From NCBI GenBank assembly GCA_963662465.1, contig OY759599.1:7936001-8000000 (forward strand): 64,000 bases of DNA, written 5' to 3'. Origin of the DNA: Desulfatiglandales bacterium (lineage in GTDB: Bacteria; Desulfobacterota; DSM-4660; Desulfatiglandales; Desulfatiglandaceae). The notes under the pieces are model-generated. The model was given only the letters and a program-made list of their open reading frames with translations. It searched no databases and was not told the origin of the DNA. How positions within the stretch are numbered: position 1 is the stretch's first letter; each line of letters opens with the position of its first letter. Of the stretch, positions 9,524-18,349 are shown piece after piece. The translations under genes and the position numbers were made by a program.

Positions 9524-11830
9524 ATGGAAATCACAAAACGCGAATGGCCCGTACTCATTATTTCAGGGCAGTATGATGCACGGGATGATGAAGGGCACAG
9601 ACTGCGGCAGTTGATTGAACAATTAGAGAAGATCCAGGATTGTCGGGTCATCCCGTCTTATACCTATGAAGACGCCTACGAGATATTCCGTTCCAGGTCC
9701 GACTTTGGATGTATTGTGGTGGATTGGGATATCCCCGATGAGGATGCGGGTGAAGCCACAACGGCCGAAGCATTGATCGTCAAAATGAGGAAGCGGCACC
9801 GGGCGGTTCCGATTATCCTGCTGACGGGCCGGAGTGAGATGGATAGCATTCCGACGGAAATTCTGAGGGATGTCAATGACTGCCTCTGGAAGACGTCTGA
9901 AACCATCAGCTTTATGGCGGGTCGTATTGCAACGCACGTGGTGGACTACGTGCGAACCGTGTATCCGCCTTTTTTCGGCGCAATGGTGCAGTACGCCAAT
10001 GAATATAAATTCGCCTGGCACACCCCCGGACATATGGGGGGGGAAGGGTTCCTGCGGAGTCCCTCGGGGGTGGCCCTGTTTAAATTCTTCGGGGAAAGTG
10101 TATTTCGCTCGGACCTTTCCGTTTCCGTGCCGGAACTGGGAAGTCTTCTGGAACACAGCGGCGTGACGGGGGATGCGGAAAAAAACTCGGCACGGGTATT
10201 CGGCGCTGATCAGACCTATTATGTCTTAAACGGCACCAGCAATGTGAACCAGATTATCTGGCGAAGCCAGCTCGTCCGGGACGACATCGCCTTTGTGGAC
10301 CGGAATTGCCACAAATCCCTCAACTACGCCATGGTGATCACCGACGCTTATCCCGTCTACATGATCCCCCGGCGAAACAAGCGGGGCATCATCGGGCCGG
10401 TGCGTCTGTCGGAGTTTTCGCCCGAGTCCATCCGGCGAAAAATCAGGGAAGACGCTCTTATTCCCGAGGAACTGAAGGGGAACGAAGTGAAAATGTCGGC
10501 CCTTACCAACTCCACCTATGACGGGGTTTGCTACAACGTGGTCAATATCAAGCGGCAACTGGAAAAGAGTGTGGAAAACCTCCACTTTGACGAAGCCTGG
10601 TATGCCTATGCCCGTTTTCACCCCATGTACAAAGACCACTACGGCATGACCGATGATGAACTGGATGAAAACCATCCGCCGATTTTCTGTTCTCATTCCA
10701 CCCACAAACTGCTCACCGCCTTCTCACAGGCCTCCATGCTGCATATCAAAAACGGGGGCAAAGTCAAAATCGACCCCGATGAATTCAATGAATCCTACAT
10801 GATGCACGGTTCCACGTCTCCCCAGTATATCATGATCGCGTCTCTGGATGTGGCGACCCGCATGATGGACGACAACGGCCAAGTCATGATGAACGATATT
10901 ATCCTGGGGGCCATCCGCCTGAGGCAAAGGGTGGTGAACATCGAAAAAAACCTCCAACGGAAAAACAAGGATGACTGGTTTTTCGGCATGTGGCAACCCC
11001 GGCAGATCCATGTGAACGGCAAGCTGACGCCCTTTGAGCAGGTGGATGCCGATTTCCTGGCGGATCATCAGGACCCGTGGGTCATGAGCAGCGAGAATAA
11101 CTGGCACGGGTTTGATGAGATGGAAGAAAACCATTGCATGCTGGATCCCATCAAACTGACCTTTACCACCCCGGGAATCGATGATCACGGAAAGATGCAG
11201 GATGAGGGCATCCCCGCGGCCATCGTAACCGAATACCTTATTCTGAAAGGCATCGTCTGTGAAAAAACGGACTATTATTCCTTTTTGCTGCTGAATTCCC
11301 TGGGCACCACCGAAGCCAAGCAGGGAACCCTGCTCTCGGCCCTGTTGCGGTTTAAGGATCTCTATGACGCAAACACGCCATTGTGCGAGATCTTTCCCGA
11401 ACTGGTGCGCGCATACCCGGATGTTTATGGGGAGGTCGGGCTCAAGCAGCACTGCAACGACATTCACGGTTACTGGAAGGAACACAAAATTCTGGAAAAG
11501 ATGCAGGAGGCCTTTCAGGTGATTCCCGATCAGGCCATGAAGCCTTCTGAAGCCTATCATCAGGTGGTGCGGAAAAAGGTGGAATTCGTGGAACTGGACC
11601 ACATGATGGGCCGAACGCCCGCTGTGATGATGGTGCCATATCCCCCGGGCATTCCCATTATGATGGGGGGCGAAATGATGAATGAAAAAGCCGGTCCCAT
11701 ATTCGAGTACCTGAAGCTGAGACAGGATTTTGAAAACGTCTATCCCGGTTACGAAAGTGAAATCCACGGTGTGGAGAGAACCGAACGGGATGGGAAGAAG
11801 TTTTTCAGAACATTGTGCGTGAAGATGTAA
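9524..11830 (+). CDS. Orn/Lys/Arg decarboxylase (AdiA/CadA-type, PLP-dependent)
   Basis: Receiver-like wing domain; HTPGHMGG; LNGTS; DRNCHKS; STYDG; HFDEAW; PLP lysine in STHKLL; VPYPPGIP. Substrate cannot be resolved. Confidence 0.93.
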   Translation: MEITKREWPVLIISGQYDARDDEGHRLRQLIEQLEKIQDCRVIPSYTYEDAYEIFRSRSDFGCIVVDWDIPDEDAGEATTAEALIVKMRKRHRAVPIILLTGRSEMDSIPTEILRDVNDCLWKTSETISFMAGRIATHVVDYVRTVYPPFFGAMVQYANEYKFAWHTPGHMGGEGFLRSPSGVALFKFFGESVFRSDLSVSVPELGSLLEHSGVTGDAEKNSARVFGADQTYYVLNGTSNVNQIIWRSQLVRDDIAFVDRNCHKSLNYAMVITDAYPVYMIPRRNKRGIIGPVRLSEFSPESIRRKIREDALIPEELKGNEVKMSALTNSTYDGVCYNVVNIKRQLEKSVENLHFDEAWYAYARFHPMYKDHYGMTDDELDENHPPIFCSHSTHKLLTAFSQASMLHIKNGGKVKIDPDEFNESYMMHGSTSPQYIMIASLDVATRMMDDNGQVMMNDIILGAIRLRQRVVNIEKNLQRKNKDDWFFGMWQPRQIHVNGKLTPFEQVDADFLADHQDPWVMSSENNWHGFDEMEENHCMLDPIKLTFTTPGIDDHGKMQDEGIPAAIVTEYLILKGIVCEKTDYYSFLLLNSLGTTEAKQGTLLSALLRFKDLYDANTPLCEIFPELVRAYPDVYGEVGLKQHCNDIHGYWKEHKILEKMQEAFQVIPDQAMKPSEAYHQVVRKKVEFVELDHMMGRTPAVMMVPYPPGIPIMMGGEMMNEKAGPIFEYLKLRQDFENVYPGYESEIHGVERTERDGKKFFRTLCVKM

Positions 11831-11846
11831 CACAAGGGAGAACAAC

Positions 11847-13154
11847 ATGACCCATGAGACCAAAAAACTGGGGCTGATCGGCGCTGTTTTTCTGATTGTA
11901 TCGAGTCTGGCCGGCAGCGGCGTCATCGCTTTGCCGCAGCAACTGGCGGCCACCGGTTCGATCACCCTGATTTCATTTATACTGGTGACCATCGGCGCCT
12001 TGTTTCTGACCCTGGTATATGTGCGGGCGGGCGCCCTTTTTGATGATCCCAGCCCGACTGCACTGGCAACCTATGTCAGCCCGATCCTCGGTGCAAAGAG
12101 CGGATGCTTTTACGTCTATGGGAACCTGATCTCCAACGTATCCATTCTGATTGCGGGCCTGGGTTACCTGGCCATGTTTGTTCCTGCGCTCAATCATCCC
12201 ATTGTACTGGGGATCACCGTGATTGCGTTGATCTGGGTGTTTGTGGCCATGTCCCTTCGCGGGGTCGGCATCATCGCCAAGGTGGTATCCGGCACCGTAA
12301 CGCTGTTGCTTATATCGGTTATTATCACTGCCACGGCGGGATGGCTGGATTTTGATCCCGCCCTGTTCAAACAGAACTGGAACGTTTCGGGGGACTCCGC
12401 CGGTAAGGCCATCATGTCCGGATTTGCCATATTGATCTTTGCCTTTGTCGGCGTGGAAAGCGTCGCTACAAACAATGAACAGATTCGCAACCCGAAAAAG
12501 GTTGTCCCCGTTGCAACCATTCTGGGCTTTATTATCGTTGCTGTCATCTACATCGCTTCCACCACCGTAATGGAAGGCATGTTCCCCTCCAGGGAAATTC
12601 AGACCGCACCGGCTTCATTTGCATTGGCCATGCAGCACATTTGCCATTCGAAAATTATCGCCGACGTGGTTTCCGCGGTGATGGCCATTGCCTGTATCGC
12701 CAGTTTCCTCGTCTGGAACCTGTCATCGGCCAGTGCCGCCAAAACCAGCGCCGACAATGGATATCTCCCCAAAGCCTACGCTTATACCAACAAACATGGG
12801 ATCAACAGCAAAGGACTTGTCATCAACGGCGTTATTATGACGCTGGTTGAACTGATCCTCATGACGCTGGGCAGCAACGTCGCTGTCGCATTCAATATTA
12901 CCGTAACGATCTCGGTTCTTTTGCTTCTCTTCCCCTACTTCTGGTCAGGCATTGCCCTGCTGAAAAAAGACAAGGAAACAGGGGCGAAATCGATCAGCAC
13001 TAAAATCATTGTATTTATGTCGTCCGTTTTCATTATGTCCGCCTTTGCGTCGGCCACGCTGGATGAACTCTGGTTGGTCATCGCCCTGGTGATGATTGTA
13101 ATGGCCGTATATGCATTACTTTTTACGAAAAAAAATGAGGATGCAACATGTTAA
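11847..13154 (+). CDS. APC-family amino acid/polyamine antiporter (AdiC/CadB/PotE-like)
   Basis: About 12 TM segments; GSGV in TM1; FVGVES; directly follows the decarboxylase. Confidence 0.9.
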   Translation: MTHETKKLGLIGAVFLIVSSLAGSGVIALPQQLAATGSITLISFILVTIGALFLTLVYVRAGALFDDPSPTALATYVSPILGAKSGCFYVYGNLISNVSILIAGLGYLAMFVPALNHPIVLGITVIALIWVFVAMSLRGVGIIAKVVSGTVTLLLISVIITATAGWLDFDPALFKQNWNVSGDSAGKAIMSGFAILIFAFVGVESVATNNEQIRNPKKVVPVATILGFIIVAVIYIASTTVMEGMFPSREIQTAPASFALAMQHICHSKIIADVVSAVMAIACIASFLVWNLSSASAAKTSADNGYLPKAYAYTNKHGINSKGLVINGVIMTLVELILMTLGSNVAVAFNITVTISVLLLLFPYFWSGIALLKKDKETGAKSISTKIIVFMSSVFIMSAFASATLDELWLVIALVMIVMAVYALLFTKKNEDATC

Positions 13155-13918
13155 TTGACAGTCATTGTCACCTGGATATGAAAGATTTTGACAAAGACAG
13201 GGCCGAGGTGCTTGAGCGGGCCCGAAGGGATGGCATCGGTCATATGATCACCATCGGCATCGATGTGCAAAGCTCGGCGGCGGCCCTGTCCCTGGCCCGG
13301 GAATATGATTATATTTCCGCGACTGTGGGGTGCCATCCCCACGATGCGGATCACTGTGGGCCCGGGGATCTCCAGAAACTGGCAGGCATGGCACTTGAAC
13401 CGGAAGTGGTGGCCTGGGGGGAGATCGGTCTGGATTATTTTCGCAACTATTCGGAAAAGGAAAATCAGCGAAAGATTTTCCGGGAGCAACTGGACCTGGC
13501 GGATGCGGCAAACCTTCCCGTGATCATTCATGATCGAGAGGCCCATGAGGAGGTCTATGCCCTGTTGAAACAAATGGGAAAAGGGGAGCGGAAAGGGGTT
13601 ATCCACTGTTTTTCCGGGGATATGGACCTGGCGGAGGCCTTTATGGCGCTGGGATATTACATCTCAATCCCCGGCACCGTGACCTACAAAAACGCGCATC
13701 ATGTCAGGGAGGTGGCCTCCGTCATGCCGCTGGACCGCATGCTGGTGGAAACCGATGCCCCTTTCCTGGCCCCCGTACCCAAACGGGGCAAACGAAATGA
13801 ACCCGCCTATGTGACCCATACGGCCCGGGAAATTGCCAAACTACGCGATATTCCCTTTGAAACCCTTGCCGAACAGACCACCCGCAATGCCGGGATACTT
13901 TTCGGCTTACCCTTGTAA
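13148..13918 (+). CDS. tatD: TatD family deoxyribonuclease
   Basis: DSHCHL, GEIGLDY, IHDRE, IHCFSG, ETDAPFL, RGKRNEP. Confidence 0.93.
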   Translation: MLIDSHCHLDMKDFDKDRAEVLERARRDGIGHMITIGIDVQSSAAALSLAREYDYISATVGCHPHDADHCGPGDLQKLAGMALEPEVVAWGEIGLDYFRNYSEKENQRKIFREQLDLADAANLPVIIHDREAHEEVYALLKQMGKGERKGVIHCFSGDMDLAEAFMALGYYISIPGTVTYKNAHHVREVASVMPLDRMLVETDAPFLAPVPKRGKRNEPAYVTHTAREIAKLRDIPFETLAEQTTRNAGILFGLPL

Positions 13919-13919
13919 A

Positions 13920-14522
13920 ATGAAACCGATACCTATCGATGAAGCGCATCCTTTGATTCTGGCCTCCGCCTCTCCCAGGCGGAAACGCTTGTTGACCCAA
14001 ATGGGGCTTTTGTACCGGGTGGTTGTCAGCCGTGTGCGAGAAGAAGACAATGGGGAAAGCCCCGAGAACTTATGCCGAAATCTGGCTGTTTTAAAGGCAA
14101 GGGAGGTTCATGGCCGTGAGAAGCCCTCCTGGATTCTGGGGGCGGACACCATTGTGGTGGTAGCGGGCAGGGTGCTGGGAAAACCCGAAAGTCATGAAGA
14201 CGCCCAAGGCATGCTTTCCCTCTTAAGCGGTAAAGCGCATGAGGTGATCACCGGGTTTTGCCTTCTAAACCCGTCGGGTGGGATTGCCCATTCCGAGTCC
14301 GTGATTACCGAGGTCCGATTTAAGTTTTTGACTGAAGAAGAGATTACCGGCTACATTCGGACCGGTGAACCTTTCGGGAAGGCCGGCGCATACGCCATTC
14401 AAGGGGTGGGGGCATTCATGGTGGAATCCATCTCAGGGTCCTACACCAATGTGGTAGGCCTTCCCATGTGCGCTCTGGTTAAGGCACTGGTGGGATGCGG
14501 TGCGCTCAGTGTTTTTCCCTGA
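13920..14522 (+). CDS. maf: Maf family nucleotide pyrophosphatase
   Basis: LILASASPRR, GADTIV, KAGAYAIQG, GSYTNVVGLP; start placed at the ATG 1 nt after the tatD stop. Confidence 0.93.
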   Translation: MKPIPIDEAHPLILASASPRRKRLLTQMGLLYRVVVSRVREEDNGESPENLCRNLAVLKAREVHGREKPSWILGADTIVVVAGRVLGKPESHEDAQGMLSLLSGKAHEVITGFCLLNPSGGIAHSESVITEVRFKFLTEEEITGYIRTGEPFGKAGAYAIQGVGAFMVESISGSYTNVVGLPMCALVKALVGCGALSVFP

Positions 14523-14524
14523 CA

Positions 14525-14932
14525 TTACTTACTGATGAATGAAATAGTTTCAAGGCTTGGCACTCTTTCAAATTCGTTGGTATTTTCAGTTAACACAGCA
14601 CAATTATGAACGATTGCTGTTGCCGCGATAATCAAATCATGGGCGCCAATCATTTTACCTTGCTTGGCCAGGGTTGCAAATAAACCGGCATGTACTCTGG
14701 CTTCTTCAGTCTCAAAACCCAAGACAGGCATTTTTGCCAACACTGATTCGACAAAAGCAGAACGTCGAGTTCTTTGTGCGTCATTTTGGGCATAATGAAC
14801 GCCAACTAATAACTCTGACGTTGTTATGGCGCTGATATATACGTTTCCATATTTTTCCCATTTTGAAAAATCGATTGGATTACCTGAACGTTCAGAATGA
14901 ATAAACACATTGGTATCCAGTATTAACCCCAT
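14525..14932 (-). CDS. vapC: VapC PIN-domain toxin
   Basis: LDTNVFI, SAITTSEL, DLIIAATA, LTEN..EF. Confidence 0.9.
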   Translation of the reverse strand: MGLILDTNVFIHSERSGNPIDFSKWEKYGNVYISAITTSELLVGVHYAQNDAQRTRRSAFVESVLAKMPVLGFETEEARVHAGLFATLAKQGKMIGAHDLIIAATAIVHNCAVLTENTNEFERVPSLETISFISK

Positions 14933-15192
14933 TGGTTCTGCTCCATGGGAATTTGATTTCTGATATTTGCTAAATCTTTTGCAAAGGCTTTTGAATCCTC
15001 AGCAAGCGAAGGAAGTTCATGGAAAAAATTATTTAAATTTTCAACTTTTAATGGTGACTCTGGAGAAACCGGAGATATCCGAGCTATGACTCTGTTTCCT
15101 CGCTCTAATTCGACAATGGTTCCTTGATAAAAAACCCGGTTCATCAGATCTGAGAATTGACGAACAGCTTGTGTGACACTTATACGTTCCAT
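14923..15192 (-). CDS. Phd/YefM-type antitoxin
   Basis: ISVTQAVRQFSDLMNRV...ERGNRVIARI; overlaps the toxin start. Confidence 0.85.
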   Translation of the reverse strand: MERISVTQAVRQFSDLMNRVFYQGTIVELERGNRVIARISPVSPESPLKVENLNNFFHELPSLAEDSKAFAKDLANIRNQIPMEQNQWG

Positions 15193-15214
15193 ATTTATCC
15201 CCTTTTTTTTAGAC

Positions 15215-15233
15215 TAATCATATAATATGATTA
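15215..15233. promoter_or_regulatory. Perfect 9-1-9 palindrome, probable TA autoregulation operator
   Basis: TAATCATAT-A-ATATGATTA, 22 nt upstream of the antitoxin start. Confidence 0.65.
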
Positions 15234-15449
15234 TCATACTATCCGTTATGTGCTTTGTAAAGGAGTTTTTGTAATATCTACGGAACAAGAGTATCGGAAG
15301 GAACTCTTTCCCTGACTTTTCCAGCAAACGTTGTAACCGATTTTAACCTATCGGCTCTATAGTGGGTAAATAAACGACAAAGACACACGTTCAGTTTCAG
15401 GATTAATGCAAATTCAACGGGTTGTTGATGGTTGAGAGGTTACGGAAAA

Positions 15450-16424
15450 ATGGACGGAAAAATTTCTCGAAGATCATTTATCAAAGGCAGCCTGGCGGTT
15501 GCGGGGGCGGCTGTAGCATCCTCCCTGCCGCTGCCGGAAGCCGTCAAGGCGTCTTCCGTGGAGGAGCTGGCAACCCTCATCGATATCCGGAAATGCATCG
15601 GTTGCGAGGCCTGCGTGGAGGCGTGCCAGGAAGTCAATGCGCCAAAATTTCCCGAACCGAAAAAGCCCTTTCCCAAGATGTATCCCAGTCGGGTGAAAGT
15701 GTCCGACTGGTCCGATAAAAGAGATGTGATGGATCGGCTGACCCCTTACAACTGGCTGTTTATCCAGGAAGCAACCGTCACGGTCAATGGAAAGGAAGAG
15801 ACCTTTACTATCCCCAGGCGTTGCATGCATTGCCAGAACCCCCCTTGCGCGGATCTTTGCCCCTGGGGCGCGGCCAGCAAGCTGAAAAACGGCATCACCC
15901 GGATCAATGCGGATTATTGTCTGGGCGGGTCCAAATGCAAGGTTGTCTGTCCCTGGCACATTCCCCAGCGGCAGACCGGCGTGGGCTTGTACCTGGACCT
16001 GTTGCCCGCCTTTGCGGGAAATGGCGTTATGTACAAGTGCGACAGGTGTTATAACCGGATTGCCGATGGAAAGTTGCCTGCCTGCATCGATGCATGCCCT
16101 GAGAATGTGCAGAAAATCGGTCCCCGAAATGAAATCTTGAAGGAGGCCCATGCCATTCAAAAGGAGATCGGCGGATACATTTACGGGGAAAAGGAAAACG
16201 GCGGCACCAACACCATCTATGTTTCCCCCGTGCCCTTTGAAGACCTGAATCGGGCCATTGAAAAGGGTCCGGGAAGACCGAACTTAAAGTCGGTAAAGGA
16301 TTCCATGGCGCAGGCGGACAACCTGGCCAAGGCCATGGTGATTGCTCCCATCGCCGGTGTGGCCGCGGCTGCGGCAAAATTCTTTGTCGGCGCTAAAAAA
16401 AGCATGGGATCGGAGGGCAAATAA
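15450..16424 (+). CDS. Tat-exported 4x[4Fe-4S] electron-transfer subunit (HybA/FdnH/NrfC-like)
   Basis: SRRSFIK twin-arginine motif; CIGCEACVEAC, CMHCQNPPC..LCP, CLGGSKC..VCP, KCDRC...PACIDACP; C-terminal hydrophobic anchor. Confidence 0.88.
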   Translation: MDGKISRRSFIKGSLAVAGAAVASSLPLPEAVKASSVEELATLIDIRKCIGCEACVEACQEVNAPKFPEPKKPFPKMYPSRVKVSDWSDKRDVMDRLTPYNWLFIQEATVTVNGKEETFTIPRRCMHCQNPPCADLCPWGAASKLKNGITRINADYCLGGSKCKVVCPWHIPQRQTGVGLYLDLLPAFAGNGVMYKCDRCYNRIADGKLPACIDACPENVQKIGPRNEILKEAHAIQKEIGGYIYGEKENGGTNTIYVSPVPFEDLNRAIEKGPGRPNLKSVKDSMAQADNLAKAMVIAPIAGVAAAAAKFFVGAKKSMGSEGK

Positions 16425-16427
16425 GAG

Positions 16428-16928
16428 ATGAAACCTTCAAATGGAACCAGACTGACAGCGGGAAACAGGGCGATCGCTCGGGTGTTCATCCTGGCCATGG
16501 CGTTGACCGCCTTTACAGGATTCGGTCAGATGCCCATCTTTAAACGCTACTATATTTCTGATATTCCGGGTATGGCCTGGTCGGCCGACTTTTATGCAAC
16601 GCATTTTCTGCATTATCTGGGGGCCACGGTGCTGCTGGGCCTTTTCGCTTATTTTATTCTGGATTATATCCTTACCGGAAGAAAGCAATTCCGCCTGACC
16701 CCTTCGGCTTACCTGCGGATTATCCTTATGGCGGGAATCGTTGCAACGGGCATCCTGAGGGTTTTTAAAAATATGCCGGATGTGCTGTTTTCACCCGCCT
16801 TTACGGCGTTTATTGATATTTCTCACCTGAGCTTCGCCGTTGTTTACCTGTTTACCGCTCTTGTGCTGGCGTTAATGAAACGGGGATGGGTGCGGAAATC
16901 GGACTATTACGGATTGGATTCAATATAG
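16428..16928 (+). CDS. 4-TM membrane subunit, cytochrome b-like partner of the Fe-S protein
   Basis: Four hydrophobic helices with His (HFLHY, ISHL); FTGFGQMPIFKRYYI motif; 3 nt after the upstream stop. Confidence 0.65.
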   Translation: MKPSNGTRLTAGNRAIARVFILAMALTAFTGFGQMPIFKRYYISDIPGMAWSADFYATHFLHYLGATVLLGLFAYFILDYILTGRKQFRLTPSAYLRIILMAGIVATGILRVFKNMPDVLFSPAFTAFIDISHLSFAVVYLFTALVLALMKRGWVRKSDYYGLDSI

Positions 16929-16941
16929 AGAGGAAAGTGTC

Positions 16942-17160
16942 ATGCGTTGTAAACATCATCCCGATCGTGAAGCCGTTGTGCCTTGCCAGAAACATCAAAT
17001 CGGTTATTGCGGTGAATGTCTTGAAAACGGTGTGTCCTGCACGGATCCATTTATCTACTGCAAGTTTCGGACCCAGTGCGTCATCTGGGAAATGGGGCGG
17101 GAGGAGCGGAAGAAAACTGTGCTTGAAGAAGAGGAAAGGGTGGTTCAAGTGGCGGCTTGA
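16942..17160 (+). CDS. Small Cys/His-rich (B-box-like) hypothetical protein
   Basis: GAGGA RBS; CKHHPDREAVVPCQKH..YCGEC...C...YCKFRTQC. Confidence 0.7.
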   Translation: MRCKHHPDREAVVPCQKHQIGYCGECLENGVSCTDPFIYCKFRTQCVIWEMGREERKKTVLEEEERVVQVAA

Positions 17161-17176
17161 AACGGACCTTTCAGAA

Positions 17177-17202
17177 GGGAGAAGAACGGTTGTGCGGTTT
17201 TA
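17177..17202 (+). repeat. 26-bp direct repeat, left copy, flanking the higBA module
   Basis: AGGGAGAAGAACGGTTGTGCGGTTTT; 25/26 match to 17977-18002. Confidence 0.85.
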
Positions 17203-17211
17203 TGAAGACGG

Positions 17212-17529
17212 TCATAATTCTGCTAATCGTTTCAATGTATCTGGATGTTTGCGTACCATGAGAATGAGCGCCATTGCCTGATCATTCGGTTTTGATCGCC
17301 CCTGTTCCCATTTCTCCAATGTGCGCTGCGAAATCCGTAAACAGCGCGCAAATACACCCCTTGACAGATTCAATCTCTCCCGAGTTTCCCTGATCGTACC
17401 TGCATCTACCGGAGGGATTGGCCTGTCCTCGATAACATGTGTGCGCAATGTAATCTTGCCCTCCCTATGCCGGCGCATGGCTTCGATCCCTTCCATGATT
17501 TCATCGGATATATTACGTTTTTTGCTCAT
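17212..17529 (-). CDS. higA: HigA-type XRE/HTH antitoxin
   Basis: IRETRERLNLSRGVFARCLRISQRTLEKWEQGRSKP HTH; overlaps the toxin stop. Confidence 0.85.
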   Translation of the reverse strand: MSKKRNISDEIMEGIEAMRRHREGKITLRTHVIEDRPIPPVDAGTIRETRERLNLSRGVFARCLRISQRTLEKWEQGRSKPNDQAMALILMVRKHPDTLKRLAEL

Positions 17530-17870
17530 ATTGATTTCCTTGCTTTTTTCTCGATTTCGATGGCTTTTTTCATCGCCCGTTTCTGTACAATGGTCAAGTC
17601 GTCTGCTTCATCTTTGGCATAAAGGGCAAAAAACCAAATTTGTTTATACTTCATAAGATAATAATAAATGATGCGTAACCCACCTCGTTTACCTTTCCCT
17701 CGCCGTGGATCACGCCAACGCAGCTTGCGAAATCCACCTGTCCCTTGTATTACCTCTCCAATAACAGGGTTTTCCATAAGCGCATATTGGAGAGTCCGGT
17801 ATTCATCATCATTCATATAATCGGGCAAATAACGGGTAAAAGCGGGGGTTTCAAAAAATGTCATCTTCAT
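17526..17870 (-). CDS. higB: RelE/HigB-family toxin
   Basis: FFETPAF, GTGGFRKLRW, GKRGGLRIIYY, LYAKDE; toxin-first order. Confidence 0.88.
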   Translation of the reverse strand: MKMTFFETPAFTRYLPDYMNDDEYRTLQYALMENPVIGEVIQGTGGFRKLRWRDPRRGKGKRGGLRIIYYYLMKYKQIWFFALYAKDEADDLTIVQKRAMKKAIEIEKKARKSI

Positions 17871-17976
17871 GATTTATGTATACGCTATTTGGGTACAAAT
17901 TACAACCAAAACAAGAATGGCGTGAATTCGTAAACCCGTGCTGGGGTGAGTTTCATGAAGCTCCCAACTTTACCGT

Positions 17977-18002
17977 AGGGAGAAAAACGGTTGTGCGGTT
18001 TT
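17977..18002 (+). repeat. 26-bp direct repeat, right copy
   Basis: AGGGAGAAAAACGGTTGTGCGGTTTT, exactly 800 bp after the left copy. Confidence 0.85.
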
Positions 18003-18349
18003 TTTATTCAGTTTTTTCTTGACTCACAATGAATATTTTTCTATGAAGCAGCTCATCTGGATTGAGAAAAGGTTCCCATTGTAAGATTTTCGATGGGAAT
18101 TTTTTCGGCGACCCGTTATGTCGTTATAGGCATAACATAAACGCCCATGTTTTACACAGTATTCTCATTTTTAGGAATTTTAGATTGATTTATGGTCAGC
18201 AAATATTGTATATGGAACTTTTTTTGGCGTTGCGTTATGTCATTTTTGGCACGATAAAACCCTTAGCTTTTGCTCAGGTTTCTCTAGGCTCAAAAAAGCG
18301 AAATAGACGCTGCGTGATTTATATTCCGTAGGCTCGCGGAGGGAAAAAC

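Noticed and set aside
10724..11992. 422-aa antisense ORF, and similar long shadow ORFs at 23583-24560, 34897-36153 and 48427-49497
   Set aside because: They lie opposite well-supported genes and have no motifs; codon-bias shadows
18246..18262. TTGGCACG upstream of bamB as a sigma-54 promoter
   Set aside because: The -24 element is good but there is no GC at the -12 position (reads CC)
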